Positions 1-13,371 of a stretch of 64,000 nucleotides of DNA are shown in pieces. Position 1 is the stretch's first letter. Every line of letters starts with the position of its first letter. The notes under the pieces are model-generated. The model saw only the letters and a program-made list of their open reading frames with translations, was not told the origin of the DNA and searched no databases. The position numbers and the translations under genes are program-made. This stretch comes from Haliotis cracherodii (Eukaryota): contig NW_027266267.1 of NCBI RefSeq assembly GCF_022045235.1, positions 37,882,001 through 37,946,000 on the forward strand, in the 5' to 3' direction.

Positions 1-99
1 GAGCACCACATTTCAACAGAAAAGCCTACTGACACATCAGCGACAAGTTGCATCTTAATGGGTATTGACATACGTTGTATATATAATATTTATTTACAG

Positions 100-845
100 G
101 GACGCCGTCAAGCATACCTGACAAAAACATAACACCAGGGACGCCAAACTCCATGGTCATCATTGGAGTAGCTGTAACCGTCGTCATCACCATCATCGTC
201 ATCGTCGCTCATGTCTGCTTAAAAAGGAGGACCATACAGCAGAAGGTACCACAAGTGTTGGAATGCCCCAACCCGCCGTACATGGAGTTTAGGGAACCCC
301 TTCATAACACGAACGCCAGCGTAGAGGACCTCGGTGCACAAGGGTCAGGATCCAAGAAGGACACTTCACCACCGTGTACAGAAGCGTATGCAGACACAGG
401 GAACTATGCAGCCGTTGGCGACACCAGTGTCCCAGACACAAAAACAAGGAAAGATGGCCTGCCTGCATCAATGGACGCTGGGGGATATTCATGTGTTGCT
501 GACAGACGTGTTGCGGAAAAAGGCGCACCGGGAGATGACACAGCTAAATCTTTAGACACGGGCTACTATGAAACTGTTGATGTCAAAAGTGATGCAGAAC
601 CTAGTCTCCGACAAGGAGACCTAGCTGCCCTAACTGATGCTGTGGGGTATTCAACAGTTGACGATTTCAAACCATGCCCCGGTGCCGCGTCATTCAGTCA
701 CACGGGGAGGCCTGAAAGTATCCCGAAACAGATAGAAGGACCGAAAACCAACAGACCTCCCTGTGAACTTTATGCAACTGTTAACAAGAAGAGGGGCACA
801 CCCAGGTTGGCCAATGCTGATGCAACTACCACCAGTGTAATGTGA
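100..845 (+). CDS. Receptor A1, terminal exon only (stalk + TM + Tyr-motif tail); upstream exons lie left of the window
   Basis: Acceptor tttacAG at 98-99; in-frame GTPSSIPDKNITPGTPNS-MVIIGVAVTVVITIIVIVAHVCL-KRR (TM + stop-transfer); tail with GYSCV, GYYETV, VGYSTV, ELYATVNKKR; paralogous to the last exons of A2-A4. Confidence 0.85.
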
Positions 846-1815
846 AATATACGGAAAGGCTGATGATTTCCATAACTTTGCCTCATCATTAAGACGCAAT
901 TTAATAATGGCTAACCTGTCCATAAAATTGATCGTTGGAAAAAGTAACGTAGGTAGTGTATATAACAGTCAGACGTAATGAACATGAAAATATGTGTTAT
1001 GTAAATATACGTATCTATACAAGTACCTTATCTTACCTGTAATAGTGAGTTAGTGAGTAAGGTTTAACGCCGAGTTTAACAGTATTCCAGTCATTCCATG
1101 GCGTGACAGCTTAATGTGGTAGGAAAGCCCGAAATGGACTTTTACCACTTTTGGTGATGCCAAACCTAGAAACATCATTGGAGCGAACCGGGGTTCGAAC
1201 CCAAGCGTGCCCAAGGGACTCAATGTTACACTGCGCATAGAAACGCCTTAAATGACCCGTGCCCCCACCTGTCATAGTGGTATGCTTTCGGTTGATCTAT
1301 ATTATTAGCATCTGTATATACCCTGTAATTATACCTACTTGGACGTTTTATATTTGATTATTTCCCTTTATCTTTCATGAATGTTTTTGTGTCCTTATAA
1401 TATATACATGTACAATTCCCTGTTCCCCAACTCCCTGCTGGTATTAAGAGGCGACCAACTGGTGGTCAGGCTAGGCAACATTCATTCATTGCTTGTCATT
1501 GTCACGATGTGGATCGTTGCTCACAAATATCAATCAATGGATGCAGGCTCTGTATTTACAGGCCGTCGTTATACAGATGGAATATTTTTGAGTGCTGCAT
1601 TTAACAACAGTCACATTTATGTATAATTTGCATATAAATATCTCCATAAATATTACATATCCTTCACGTTTATCTTCTTTCTAAATATCATTAACACTTG
1701 CATTTTCGGTATGATGAAAGTATGTGACTCTTGAATGGTCATTTTGACCAAATACTGGTTCAAGAGATATATGAAGCAGATCTTTTTTAGAAAGTTACTC
1801 GTTGCGCAGTGTGTT

Positions 1816-1975
1816 GGGGCCATGGGGTGGCCAAGTGATCAAAGCTTTCGCTCGTCATTCCGAAGACCCGGGTTCGATTCCCTGCATGTGTACAATGTGT
1901 AAAGTCCATTTCTGGTGTCCCCCGCCGTGATATTGCTGGAATTTTGGTAAAAGCGGCTAAAACCTAACACACTCA
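1816..1975 (+). mobile_element. SINE family 1, diverged (paralogous copies 14234-14367, 25911-26070, 37188-37348)
   Basis: A/B boxes TGGCCAAGTG / GGTTCGATTCC and family-1 body. Confidence 0.75.
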
Positions 1976-2834
1976 ATGTGCGTCACTTGTTGACATTATC
2001 AATTTTCCTGTTAAGGAAACCCACACTTTTTAGCGCTCGTGGAAAACAGCCATATCACAGACATTTATGTATTCATGCCAGCCAACAGAGTAAGCCCAAT
2101 ATCACGGAGCTCAAACAGGAAAATAACCGACTTGTGAAACCACATGCAATGAATATGTATACATTAAAATGGTATTTATTTGAATGTTAAGTTCGTATAA
2201 AGTTTTAAACGAAGACATCTCATGTGGTGGAGTTTCTGTAACGTCTGAAACAGCCACCAGATGACAGAGCAACGTACCCCAACGTGCTTTTATCAGTTTC
2301 ATGTGTTAATGTTTGACACATATTGTAACTTGTGGGGAGCAGTTTTTTTTCATCTTGTCTTTGAAGAGCTTAACCTATTTTATCTCAAGACAACCGCGAA
2401 ATACACACACCAAGTTCCGCACATCTGGATAAAAATAGTTATAAATGAAGTAAATGATGTGACCAAATGGAAAATTCGACACAAGCAGGCATTCGATATA
2501 CCCGAATTCGAGGCAAAGGAGTTCAAATGTATGTTCAAATGGAACAAAATAGCATGAACTTTAATATCATATCAACCAGTAAAAAAAACAGCCATGATAT
2601 GGTTGATTAAAAAACAATTATGCATACAATATTTCTTTAGTTCTTCAGTATTTTATGAATGAAAAAAAGGAACAACATACCCATGCTTGAATTTAGAGTC
2701 GACGAACGGGATGGGTTTGTTCAGGATAATGGATTTGGCTGATGCATGTCATCCTATCCCTTTTGCGAAGGTCGAGGATGATGGTGACAATCACTGAATT
2801 GCCTTGTTCTGGGTCGATTGTTTACAGACTTCCG

Positions 2835-2903
2835 TCATTATTATGATGATGATGATGATGATGATGATGATTATGATGATGATGATTATCATTATTATTA
2901 TTA
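2835..2903. repeat. (GAT)n/(ATT)n microsatellite; paralogous copies at 15246-15320 and 26950-27020
   Basis: Direct reading. Confidence 0.9.
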
Positions 2904-2980
2904 TCCACACAAAATCGAGTATGCATGGGATACGATGACATGCATCAAGCAAGTCAGCGAGCCTGACCACCGGATCAATA

Positions 2981-5805
2981 CCATACCTGCAGAACAACAC
3001 CTGTCATCCACCGGACACACAACAGTCTTACCATACCTGCGGTACAACATCTACCATCAACCAGACACACAGTAGCCTCACCATACCTGCCGTACAACAT
3101 CTACCATCAACCCGACAGACTGCAGTCCCAACATACCTGCAGTACAACACCTGCCATCCACAAGACACACAGCAGTTTCACCATACCTGCAGTACAACAT
3201 GAACCATCATCCAGACACACAGCAGTCTCACCATACCTGACATACACCACCTGCCATCCACCAGACACACAGCAGTCTCACCATACCTGCAGTACAACAC
3301 CTGCCGTCCGCCGAACAGACAGAAGTCTCACCATACCTGCAGTACAACATCTACTTCCAATGAGACACACAACAGTATCACCGTACCTGCAGTACAACAT
3401 CTACTACCAATGAGGCACACAACAGTATCACCGTACCTGCAGTACAACATCTACCATCAACCAGACACACAGTAGCCTCACCATACCTGCACTACAACAT
3501 CTACCACAAATGAGACACACAACAGTCTCACCATACCTGCAGTACAACATCTACCACCAATGAGACACACAACAGTATCATCGTACCTGCAGTACAACAT
3601 CTACCATCAACCAGACACACAGTATCATCACCATACCTGCAGTACAACATCTACCACCAATGAGACACACAAACGTATCACCGTACATGCAGTACAACAT
3701 CTACCATCAACCAGACACACAGTACCATCACAATACCTGCAGTTCAACATCTACCATTAACGCGGCAGACAGTGGGCTTACCATAGCTGCAGTACAACAT
3801 CTACCATCATCCAAACATACAGCAGTGTCACCATACCTGCAGTTGAACACCTGCAATCAACCAGACACACAGTAGCCTCACCATACCTGCAGTTCAACAT
3901 CTACCACCAATGAGACACACAACAGTCTCACCATACCTGCAGTACAACATCTACCACCAATGAGACACACAACAGTATCACCGTACCTGCAGTACAACAT
4001 CTACCATCAACCAGACACACAGTAGCCTCACCATACCTGCGGTACAACATCTACTACCAATGAGACACACAACAGTATCACCGTACCTGCAGTACAACAT
4101 CTACCATCAACCAGACACAAAGTATCATCACCACACCTGCAGTTCAACATGTACCATCAACGCGGCAGACAGTGGGCTTACCATAGCTGCAGTACAACAT
4201 CTACCATCATCCAAACATACAGCAGTGTCACCATACCTGCAGTTGAACACCTGCAATCAACCAGACACACAGTACCATCACCATACCTGCAGTTCAACAT
4301 CTACCATCAACCCGACAGACAGTGGCCTCACCATACCTGCGGTAAAACACCTGCCATCCACCAGACACACAACAGTCTCACTATACCTGCAGTTCAACAT
4401 CTACCATCAACAAGACACACAGTACCATCACCATACCTGCGGTTCAACATCTACCATCAACCCGACAGACAGTGGCCTCACCATACCTGCAGTAAAACAC
4501 CTGCCATCCACCAGACACACAGTACCATCACCATACCTGCCATCCACCAGACACACAACAGTCTCACTATACCTGCGGTACAACACCTGGCATTCACTAG
4601 ACAGACAACCGTCTTCCCATACCTGCAGTACAACATTTACCATCATCCAGACACACAGCAGTCTCACCATACCTGACATACAACATCAAACATCAACCAG
4701 ACACACAGTAGCATCACCATATCTGCAGTACAACACCTGCTATCCACCAGACACACAATAGTTTCACCATATCTGCAGTACAATATATACCATCAACAAG
4801 ACACACAGTACCATCACCATACCTGTAATTCAACATCTACCATCAACCCGACAGACAGTGGCCTCACAATACCTGCAGTACAACACCTGCCATCCACCGA
4901 ACAGACAGCAGTCTTACCACAGCCGCAGTACAACATCTACTACCAATGAGACACACAACAGTATCACTGTACCTGCAGTACAACATCTACCATCAACCAG
5001 ACACACAGTAGCCTCACCATACCTGCAGCACAACATCTACCACCAATGAGACACACAAACGTATCACCATACATGCAGTACAACATCTACCATCAACCAG
5101 ATACACAGTACCATCACAATACCTGCAGTTCAACATCTACCATCAACCCGACAGACAGTGGCCTCACCATACATGCAGTACAACACCTGCCATCCACCGA
5201 ACAGACAGCAGTCTTACCACACCCGCAGTACAACATCTACCACCATAATCCAGACACAAAGCAGTCTCAACATACCTGTAGTAAAACACCTGCCATCCAC
5301 CAGACACACAACAGTCTCACCATATCTGCAGTACAACACCTTTTATCCACCAGTAACACAGCACTCTCACCCTACCTTATTAAAACATGTAACATGAACC
5401 AGACACACAGCAGTCTCAAAATACCTGCAGTACAACACCTGCCATCCACCGAACAGGCAGCAGTCTCACCACACCCGCAGTACAACATCTACCATAATCC
5501 TGACACAGCAGTCTCACTATACCTGCAGTACAACACCTGTTATCCACCAGTAACACAGCAGTCTCACCCTACCCGCAGTACAACATCTACCATTATCCAG
5601 AAACACAGCAGTCTCACCATACCTGCAGTACAACACCTGTCATCCACCAGACACACAGCAGTCTCCCCATACCTGCAGTACAACATCTACCATCAACCAG
5701 ACACACAGTAGCCTCACCATACCTGTAGTACGACATCTACCACCAATGAGACACACAACAATATCACTGTACCTGCTTTACAACATCTACCATCAACCAA
5801 ACAAA
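2981..5805 (+). repeat. 50-bp minisatellite array 1 (~56 units), unit matches the Ig exon of family A
   Basis: Unit ccatacctgcagtacaacatctaccatcaaccagacacacagtagcctca; matches 10044-10090 and 21645-21693. Confidence 0.95.
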
Positions 5806-5985
5806 TAGTTAAAAATGTAAATCCACGTTGCACTTGATACACTGATTGTGTGTAGATCTGTATTCATTTGTATTAACACACAAAGAAGGGTATACGTATT
5901 GTGACGGACCAGGACTGGTCCGGAATGATGCCGGTTTTGAAGCAACGAAACACTGACTCCAACATGACTACTCCCCTCCCCCTAC

Positions 5986-6035
<50 letters not shown>

Positions 6036-6783
6036 ACACAACACACACTCACCCACCTACAAACACAATATACTGACCGAACAGTCCTTGTTTTATACCA
6101 GTAAAGACGAGCGCCACATAGGGAAACACGAAGTACTCTCTTTTAACGTCTTTTGAAATGACGCTCAAATTTCCGGTCAAACCACGTACAGTAAATCACA
6201 ATGGTGGTCTCGTTTTATAACCACGGAAACAGAAAGAACTATTCGTGAGCAATTTAACCCCCATTGCAGTTTCTTCGAGGGTCTTGAGAGGAATGCTGAC
6301 AGTTGCTAATGCCCCTCTATAATATTCCAGCATGGCGATCCAATCCTGGTTTCCCAACAACCAAAGCCTGATGGGGCAACATAGCGGGTTGGGTGATGAG
6401 GCTCGGTGACGTGGTTCATTACGTGCCATCATGTCCCAAAGTCGTGGGGCGTTCCTCAACATCTCAGTCACTGGTTTGTCTGATCAAGACTCAACTATTT
6501 GAAAATATTGATAAGTGCAGAGCTAAACAACAAAGCGAAATCCAAATGTAATGTTAGTTAGTTGGTATTGTAATGTACAGGGGCTGGGCCTTCGTTGGAA
6601 ATGGGTTGGCTCCTCATGTTGAACGCCCGTGTTCGTTTTACCACATGGGTAAAGTGTGTGAAGCCCCCTTCTTGTTTCCCCCGCCGTAATAATGCTGGCA
6701 CGTTGCTAAAGGTGTGGTTTGTTGTACACAATGGAACAGATATATGTCAGATATACTTCATTGGTATTGTGCGTTCTAAAAAC

Positions 6784-7019
6784 GGGGCGGTTGGGTAACC
6801 TGGTGGTTTAAAACGTTTTCTCGTCACGCCGAAGGCCTGAGTTCAGCTGACCACATGGGTACAATTTGTGAAGCCCAGATCTGGTTTCCCCGCTGTGATA
6901 TTGCAGAAATGCTGCTAAATTCGACGTAGCACTCCACGACGTACCCCCACGCAGATTTCTCACTCACTCACTCACTCACTCACTCACTCACTGACTGACT
7001 GACTGACTCACTCACTCAC
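6784..7019 (+). mobile_element. SINE family 1 with expanded (ACTC)n tail (paralogous copies 18726-18983, 30576-30837)
   Basis: Family-1 head and body followed by an (ACTC)n run. Confidence 0.75.
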
Positions 7020-8044
7020 GGGTATGGTGCTGACAAACCTAGAAACATTTTCGGCGGTTGCAGTGAGTGAGTGAGTTAAAACATAATGTCGCAACGTTTA
7101 TATATTCACAAGTTAGTCATTTAAACAACAAATTTTGTCAAACATAGTTGGGCAATTTGGGCAATAACCAACTGGTGTTTGTTTGTAACATATGGGTTTT
7201 ATTTTGTGAGGAATAGATACGTTGTAAAGATACAAGTCCAGCACATGTGTTGAGCGCCATCGTCTTCATAGGGACACACCATTCGTCATCACTCGCCACT
7301 TTCCGTATACCCGTTTGTGCTGCGGCTCTACCCAGTCGCAAAATGGCCACGGGAGGTTCACGAGTCTCTATTCGCTTGTCCCGGAATAACACGAGTCGGT
7401 CACGAATGAGAGACACACTGAGAGCAACGTGATCATAACAGCTTACCCTAGATGAAGCCCAGATTCTCTTTATTTCCTTGTTTTGACCTCGAAACAAGGA
7501 CATATAATGATCATAAATTACGCTCCTTCTCAATAGACCAAGTGACAGCTGATCCACCACACACAGGGAAAGGACATTGTGAGTAATGGTTCATTAGTTG
7601 TATCATCCTTTCAATGCAACTCACGTTATGGACTTTGCTCACCTTCTTGCGAAAACCTGGTATTATCACTAATTGACAGTGATTCGGTGCCGCACAATGG
7701 AATATCTCTAAATTACCATCTCAGTGAATTAATGCAATTTGTAGTTTACACCCTGGGGTAAGTTTGTGAATTTTAACATGTTTTTGTTTCCTTGTAACAC
7801 ACTGAAAATGTCTCTTGTTAAATATGTTAAGAATATCATTCTCGTATTTATTCTCTCGTCATCTTGTAGGGTGAATGTCGTGAACATCAATTGCAAAGTT
7901 CTAAGCCATTTTACTATTTTGACTATTTTATGAGCATGTGACTATCATTATTCATCTTTTCAGGAAACCCAAGCATCGACACTATTTAATAGTGATTCAC
8001 AAACACATGCTTTCAGTATATATCTGGCAACGTACAATGTTTCA

Positions 8045-8635
8045 CTAGATATTTCTTAAAAGTATAAGTGGGTTTTATTGCTTTTATACAATGCTTCTAT
8101 TTTTTTTTAAAATGAACATTTCAAACAGTTTTCGGAATACATGATGTGATTCAATGCTTTACTATAAAAATACCGTTTCAATAAATAAATGCAATCTCTT
8201 GGGTTTCTAAAATAAAATGGGTTTGATTGCTTTTATGCAATGCTGCTATTTTTTAAATGAACATTCCAAACAGTTTTCGGAATAGATGATGTGATTCAGT
8301 GCTTTACTATAAAAATACCATTTCAATAAATAAATGCAATTTCTTGGGTTTCCAAAATTTAATGGGTTTTACTGCTTTTATGCATTGCTGCTATTTTTTA
8401 AATGAACATTCCAAACAGTTTTCAGAATACATGATGTGATTCAGTGCTTTACCACTAAAATACCATTTCAATAAATAAATGCAATCTCTTGGGTTTCCAA
8501 AATATAATGGGTTTTACTGCTTTTATGCAATGCTGCTATTTTTTAATGATCATTCTAAACAGTTTTCGAAATATAAGATGTTATTCAGTGCTTTACTACT
8601 AAAACACGATTTCAGTAAATTTATGCAATCTCTTA
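8045..8635. repeat. AT-rich ~146-bp tandem repeat (~4 units; ~1 unit at 20280-20465 and 32135-32320)
   Basis: gggttt(t/g)a..gcttttat recurs near 8070, 8219, 8364, 8509. Confidence 0.8.
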
Positions 8636-9567
8636 GGCCCTGGGTTAGATTTCCTAAAACAGGTGTCCTGTGGCACATGTCTCAATCTTTGAGTTTAGCA
8701 TTTGTTTGATTCACAGTAACACACTAGACTTTTAGATACGTTAAGAATCACACCTTGTTTATTCTCTATTCATCATTGAAGTTTAAAGGATACTTCAATT
8801 GTAACTGATTTTTTCTATAAACAACAGAAACAACTGTCCAAAGCCCGTTGTACGATTCCGACTCTATCATAGGCACCTGTCTATAAATCTCTTGCAAATA
8901 GTTACGATGCAAGGTGTTTGCAAAACGGTGAGCGTGTCCTGCCCCAACGGTTCCTCCCGTCATAAAAAAATGGAAGTCGATTGTTCACTGGGAAAAAAAC
9001 CACGGGGACATATGGCACAAGTATAATTGGCAATTGCATCTGACATGAATAGTTTTCACTGACAGCACTACTGAGGCATTGGATGGTTTAAACCTGTTTA
9101 AACAACAGTAAACATTGCTAAATCATTTATGAAAGTGTTTCAGACATTAACTTGCAATAGCTCATTCACGCTGCATGATTTTCTCGAATATTTCGTACAT
9201 AAAAACAATCAACGTCTGAAGACATTTTACGTTTTGACTCTATTACCCTAACTGAGTGACCGAATGAAACATAATTTCAGTTTTTTCGGTGATACAGACT
9301 ACTCTTGTACTCAACTGAAGCAAGTCGGAACCATATATATGGTAACGAACCAAGAAATGTGATTCAGCAAACATTTCATTTGTCATTGTTATGATAGTGG
9401 TGCCAATAGTTTCAGGTAAAGATCGTTTGTTTGTTGAAGACTGCACACTGGTATGGAGACATATATCCCGTTTCACAATACACGTGTGCTTAAGAAGGAT
9501 GGAAATTATATATTTACAGGAGACTCTTTAATTATCTCATACAGTTTCTGTTTGTTTTCCACAGACG

Positions 9568-12500
9568 ATGGTACCTCTCAGGCAAATTTCTGAATGGACG
9601 CTACTTCTTCTTCTGATGATTCATGAATCTGTCGGTATGTTATTTCGGTGGTATGTCTACACTCATAACATTGTACTGATTCAGCTAGTATGTGATATCT
9701 GTGTTATATCCATACACCAAATCATATACTGATTCATAGATCAACTGGCCAGTGGCATCGTAGCTTATCAGTATATCAATGAACTCTAATTTATTATGTT
9801 ACACAATTACAATTAGTACAACTAATAATGAACATACGCATCTTTATGAAGATCATATTTACGCCAAAAGGTTCGCCGGAACTGATCTGTCCGGATGTCG
9901 GTTATCTTGGTTCTCCTGCTCATCTGATGTGCATCTCATCAAGTAATATAACTCCCCATGGCTATGTGACATCGCAAGATGAAGTTGCCGCTATTTGCAG
10001 TTTATCTAGCTCACCATGTACAACAATGGGCAACTACATGGCGTCTACCATCAACCAGACACACAGTAGCCTCACCATACCTGCAGTACAGCAAGCACAT
10101 GCTGGGCAGTGGACGTGTACTATCCCACCTTCGTCTCCCCTATCCTGCAACTTAACTGTTGTGAGTAAGTACCCCAAGATAATATACATGATTGTGAAGC
10201 CAACACTCGCAACTATGGACCCTATCCCATCACTCAGTGTGGATGTATGCTGTTCAACAATGGCGAACACTATCCCGTAACATGTTGCTGGTACATGTTA
10301 AAAATTGCAAAATGAATTTTATTCACATGGGCGTATTGCAAAGGAATTTTTTATGAACATTGTAAGTGTTAACAACAGCAGTTTATTTTGTACTCAGACA
10401 CACGTGAACTAGTAGAGAAAGAACAGTCATATTTTCCAAGCCATTGTAACATTTACAAGACGTGTCAGTAACCAACAATATGTTTGATGCGATTCCATGT
10501 TTTCACAGTGTTTGTACAGGAGAACAATTGCCGTGCCATTGTATGTATTTGTGACGGGTGTTACCAGGGAGGGCACACTTACATTTTTGCGAACACCTGG
10601 CATCCTTATTGTTTGACATAGTCGGAACATAGTCGGAACCGTGCAATAGACAAGATTTAAGGTTTCTTATGATCATGGAAAGAGATTTACCAACTTGCCT
10701 CAACATCATATTGTCATGCCACTAAATGAAGGAGTACTATCAAGTGGGGACATAGTTGACAAGATGTCATATATACTTTATACTGAGAATCCCATTGTAC
10801 TTGATATTTTTGTGCTTATGATATATATATATTGAAACTATTCTTGTCAATGAGGAAAGGAAAACATCTCAAGTTGAAGGTTCTTCCGGCTGAATGTCGT
10901 ATCGAACATGTAGAGACTATTTGTAATGCGACTTTGTGTTTTAGAACTCCCGACCTGCTTCACAACAAGTGATGTAAACATTACGACGCTCGACGTTGGC
11001 GAGGAGCTCTCCTTGACAGTACACATCCAGGGGTATTATTGTTCTGAGCTGGTTCAGCTGAAGGTATCCACGGGAAGAACTGATCATGAATACTTCAGTG
11101 AAACAGTCACTGATATAACAGATAAAACAGTTAACATCAAAATCAACAAGACCAACTCCAACTTCGAGGCGGAACTGGTCTTCACCTGCGGTGGCCATAG
11201 CTCGACTCTACCTTGTAATGTAACCAACGGTGAGTACAAGGGGAAAGAGGCAGTACTAGTATTCATATGTTTAAATCATATTTCTCAACATAAACAACGC
11301 ATGTTGGATTTCAAGTAAAGTGACTTCAATGTATGAAAAAACATTGAAATAAAACCATGTGTGCACACTGTGTAAATCTGGGTTGTGGAATACGCCAAGC
11401 GTTTCCCTTTTCGTAAGTATTAACGTGAATACCGATGTGCACATGGCACAACGCACGTGGCCTGTTGTTGTTAGTTTTGGTAACACAAACGCGAACCAAA
11501 TCATAAGTCAGGGAAATACCTATTTCCTCATAGTTAACATAACTCCTTCAGGAGGAAAGTATGATCAATGGCAGGTCTTTGTGAAGCATGTTCATTTGCA
11601 GATTTGTGATAATAACTGAAACACAATTGCATGATCTATGAATACCTGCATTAAAAGAGTCAATTGTAATGGCGCTCATCGGGTCCACAGAACACCACAT
11701 TTCAACAGAAAAGGCTACTGATACATCAGCGAGAAGTTGCATCTTAATGGGTATGGACATACGTTGTATATATAATATTTATTTACAGGGACGTCGTCAA
11801 GCACACCTGACCAAAATATAACACCAGGGACGCCAAACGACATCGACATAATTGGAGTAGATGAACCCGCCGTCTTAGTCACCGTCACCGTCATCGTCAC
11901 CGTCACCATCATCATCATCGTCGCTTATGTCTGCTTCAAAAGGAGGACCATACAGCAGAAGGTGCCACCAGTGTTGGAATGCCCCGACCCGCCGTACATG
12001 CAGTTTAGGGAACCCCTTCATAACACGTACGACAACGTGGAGGATCTCGGGGCACAGGGGTCAGGATCCAAGAAGGACACTTCACCACCTTGTACAGAAG
12101 CGCCTGCGGACACAGTGAACTATGCAGCCGTTGGCGACACCAGTGTCCCAGACACTAAAACAAGGAAAGATGACCCGCCTGTATTGATGGACGCTGGGGG
12201 ATATCCAACTGTTGCTGACAGACGTGTTACGGACAAAGGCACACAGGGAGATGTCACAGATAAATCTTTAGACACGGACTACTATAAAACTGTTGAGGAT
12301 CAAAATGCAGCATCACCTAGTGTAATGCAAGGAGACCTACCTCTCCCATTTGACGCTGCAGGATATTTAACTGTCGCTTACAGACAAGCTGCAGAAACTA
12401 GCCCACAGAGAGAAGACACAGCTAACCCTTTAGACACGGGCTACTATGAAATAGTTGAGGACCAAAGTGCAGCAGCACGTAGTGTAATGCAAGGAGACCT

Positions 12501-13371
12501 ACCTGTCCCATTTGACGCTGCAGGATATTTAACTGTCGCTTACAGACAAGCTGCAGAAACTAGCCCACAGAGAGAAGACACAGCTAACCCTTTAGACACG
12601 GGCTACTATGAAATAGTTAAGGACCAAAGTGCAGCAGCACTTAATGTAATTAAAGGAGACCTACCTCTCCCACTTGACGCTGCAGGATATTTAACTGTCG
12701 CTTACAGACAAGCTGCAGAAACTAGCCCACAGAGAGAAGACACAGCTAACCCTTTAGACACGGGCTACTATGAAATAGTTGAGGACCAAAGTGCAGCAGC
12801 ACGTAGTGTAATGAAAGGAGACCTACCTCTCCCAATTGATGCTGCAGGATATTTAACTGTCGCTTACAGACAAGCTGCAGAAACTAGCCCACAGAGAGAA
12901 GACACAGCTAACCCTTTAGACACGGGCTACTATGAAATAGTTGAGGACCAAAGTGCAGCAGCACTTAGTGTTATGCAAGGAGACCTAACTCTCCCAATTG
13001 ATGCTGCAGGATATTCAACTGTTCCTGTCAGACATGCTGCGGACAAAGGCAAACAGGGAGATGACACAGCTAAACCTTTAGACACAGGACTCTATGTAAA
13101 TGTTGATGTCGAAAGTGATGCAGAACCTAGTCTCCGACAAGGAGACCTACCTGCCCTAACTGCTGCTGTGGGGTATTCAACAGTTGACAATTTCAAACCA
13201 TGCCCCGGTGCCGCGTCATTCAGTCACACGTGGAAGCCTGAAAATGTCCCGAATCAGATAGAAGGACAGAAAACCAACAGACCTCTCTATGAACTTTATG
13301 CAACTGTTAACAAGAAGAGGGGCACACCTAGGTTGGCCAGTGCTGATGCAACTACCACCCCTGTTATGTGA
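9568..13371 (+). CDS. Receptor A2: signal peptide, two Ig-like domains, TM, long Tyr-repeat tail (~742 aa)
   Basis: Exons 9568-9634 (MVPLRQISEWTLLLLLMIHESVG), 9871-10164 (Ig-like, LMC...AHAGQWTC), 10945-11229 (PTC...YYCS...FTC...C), 11789-13371; all introns GT-AG phase 1; spliced length 2229 nt is open and divisible by 3. Confidence 0.85.
12165..13135 (+). repeat. Coding 162-bp (54-aa) tandem repeat in the A2 tail
   Basis: ggatatttaactg recurs at 12361, 12523 and onward at a 162-nt period; 4 near-identical units plus 2 diverged flanking units. Confidence 0.9.

Noticed and set aside
2791-3075. Poly-Ile / poly-Asp ORFs (also 15201, 26905)
   Set aside because: Translations of a trinucleotide microsatellite within SINE fragments
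3560-5711. His/Thr/Gln-rich ORFs (4060-4761, 5046-5711 and others)
   Set aside because: Products of a 50-bp repeat cycling through three frames; no splice or start context
2981-5805. CRISPR-like array
   Set aside because: Whole 50-bp units are mutually homologous with no unique spacers; eukaryotic context and no cas genes
9871-10164. Domain-wide positive selection between A2 and A3
   Set aside because: My hand count gives about 17 non-synonymous vs about 8 synonymous changes, which does not imply dN/dS above 1 overall; needs site models
11548-11760. Minus-strand ORF conserved in intron 3 of each unit (also 23264-23464)
   Set aside because: Conservation is explained by the recent segmental duplication; no recognisable domain
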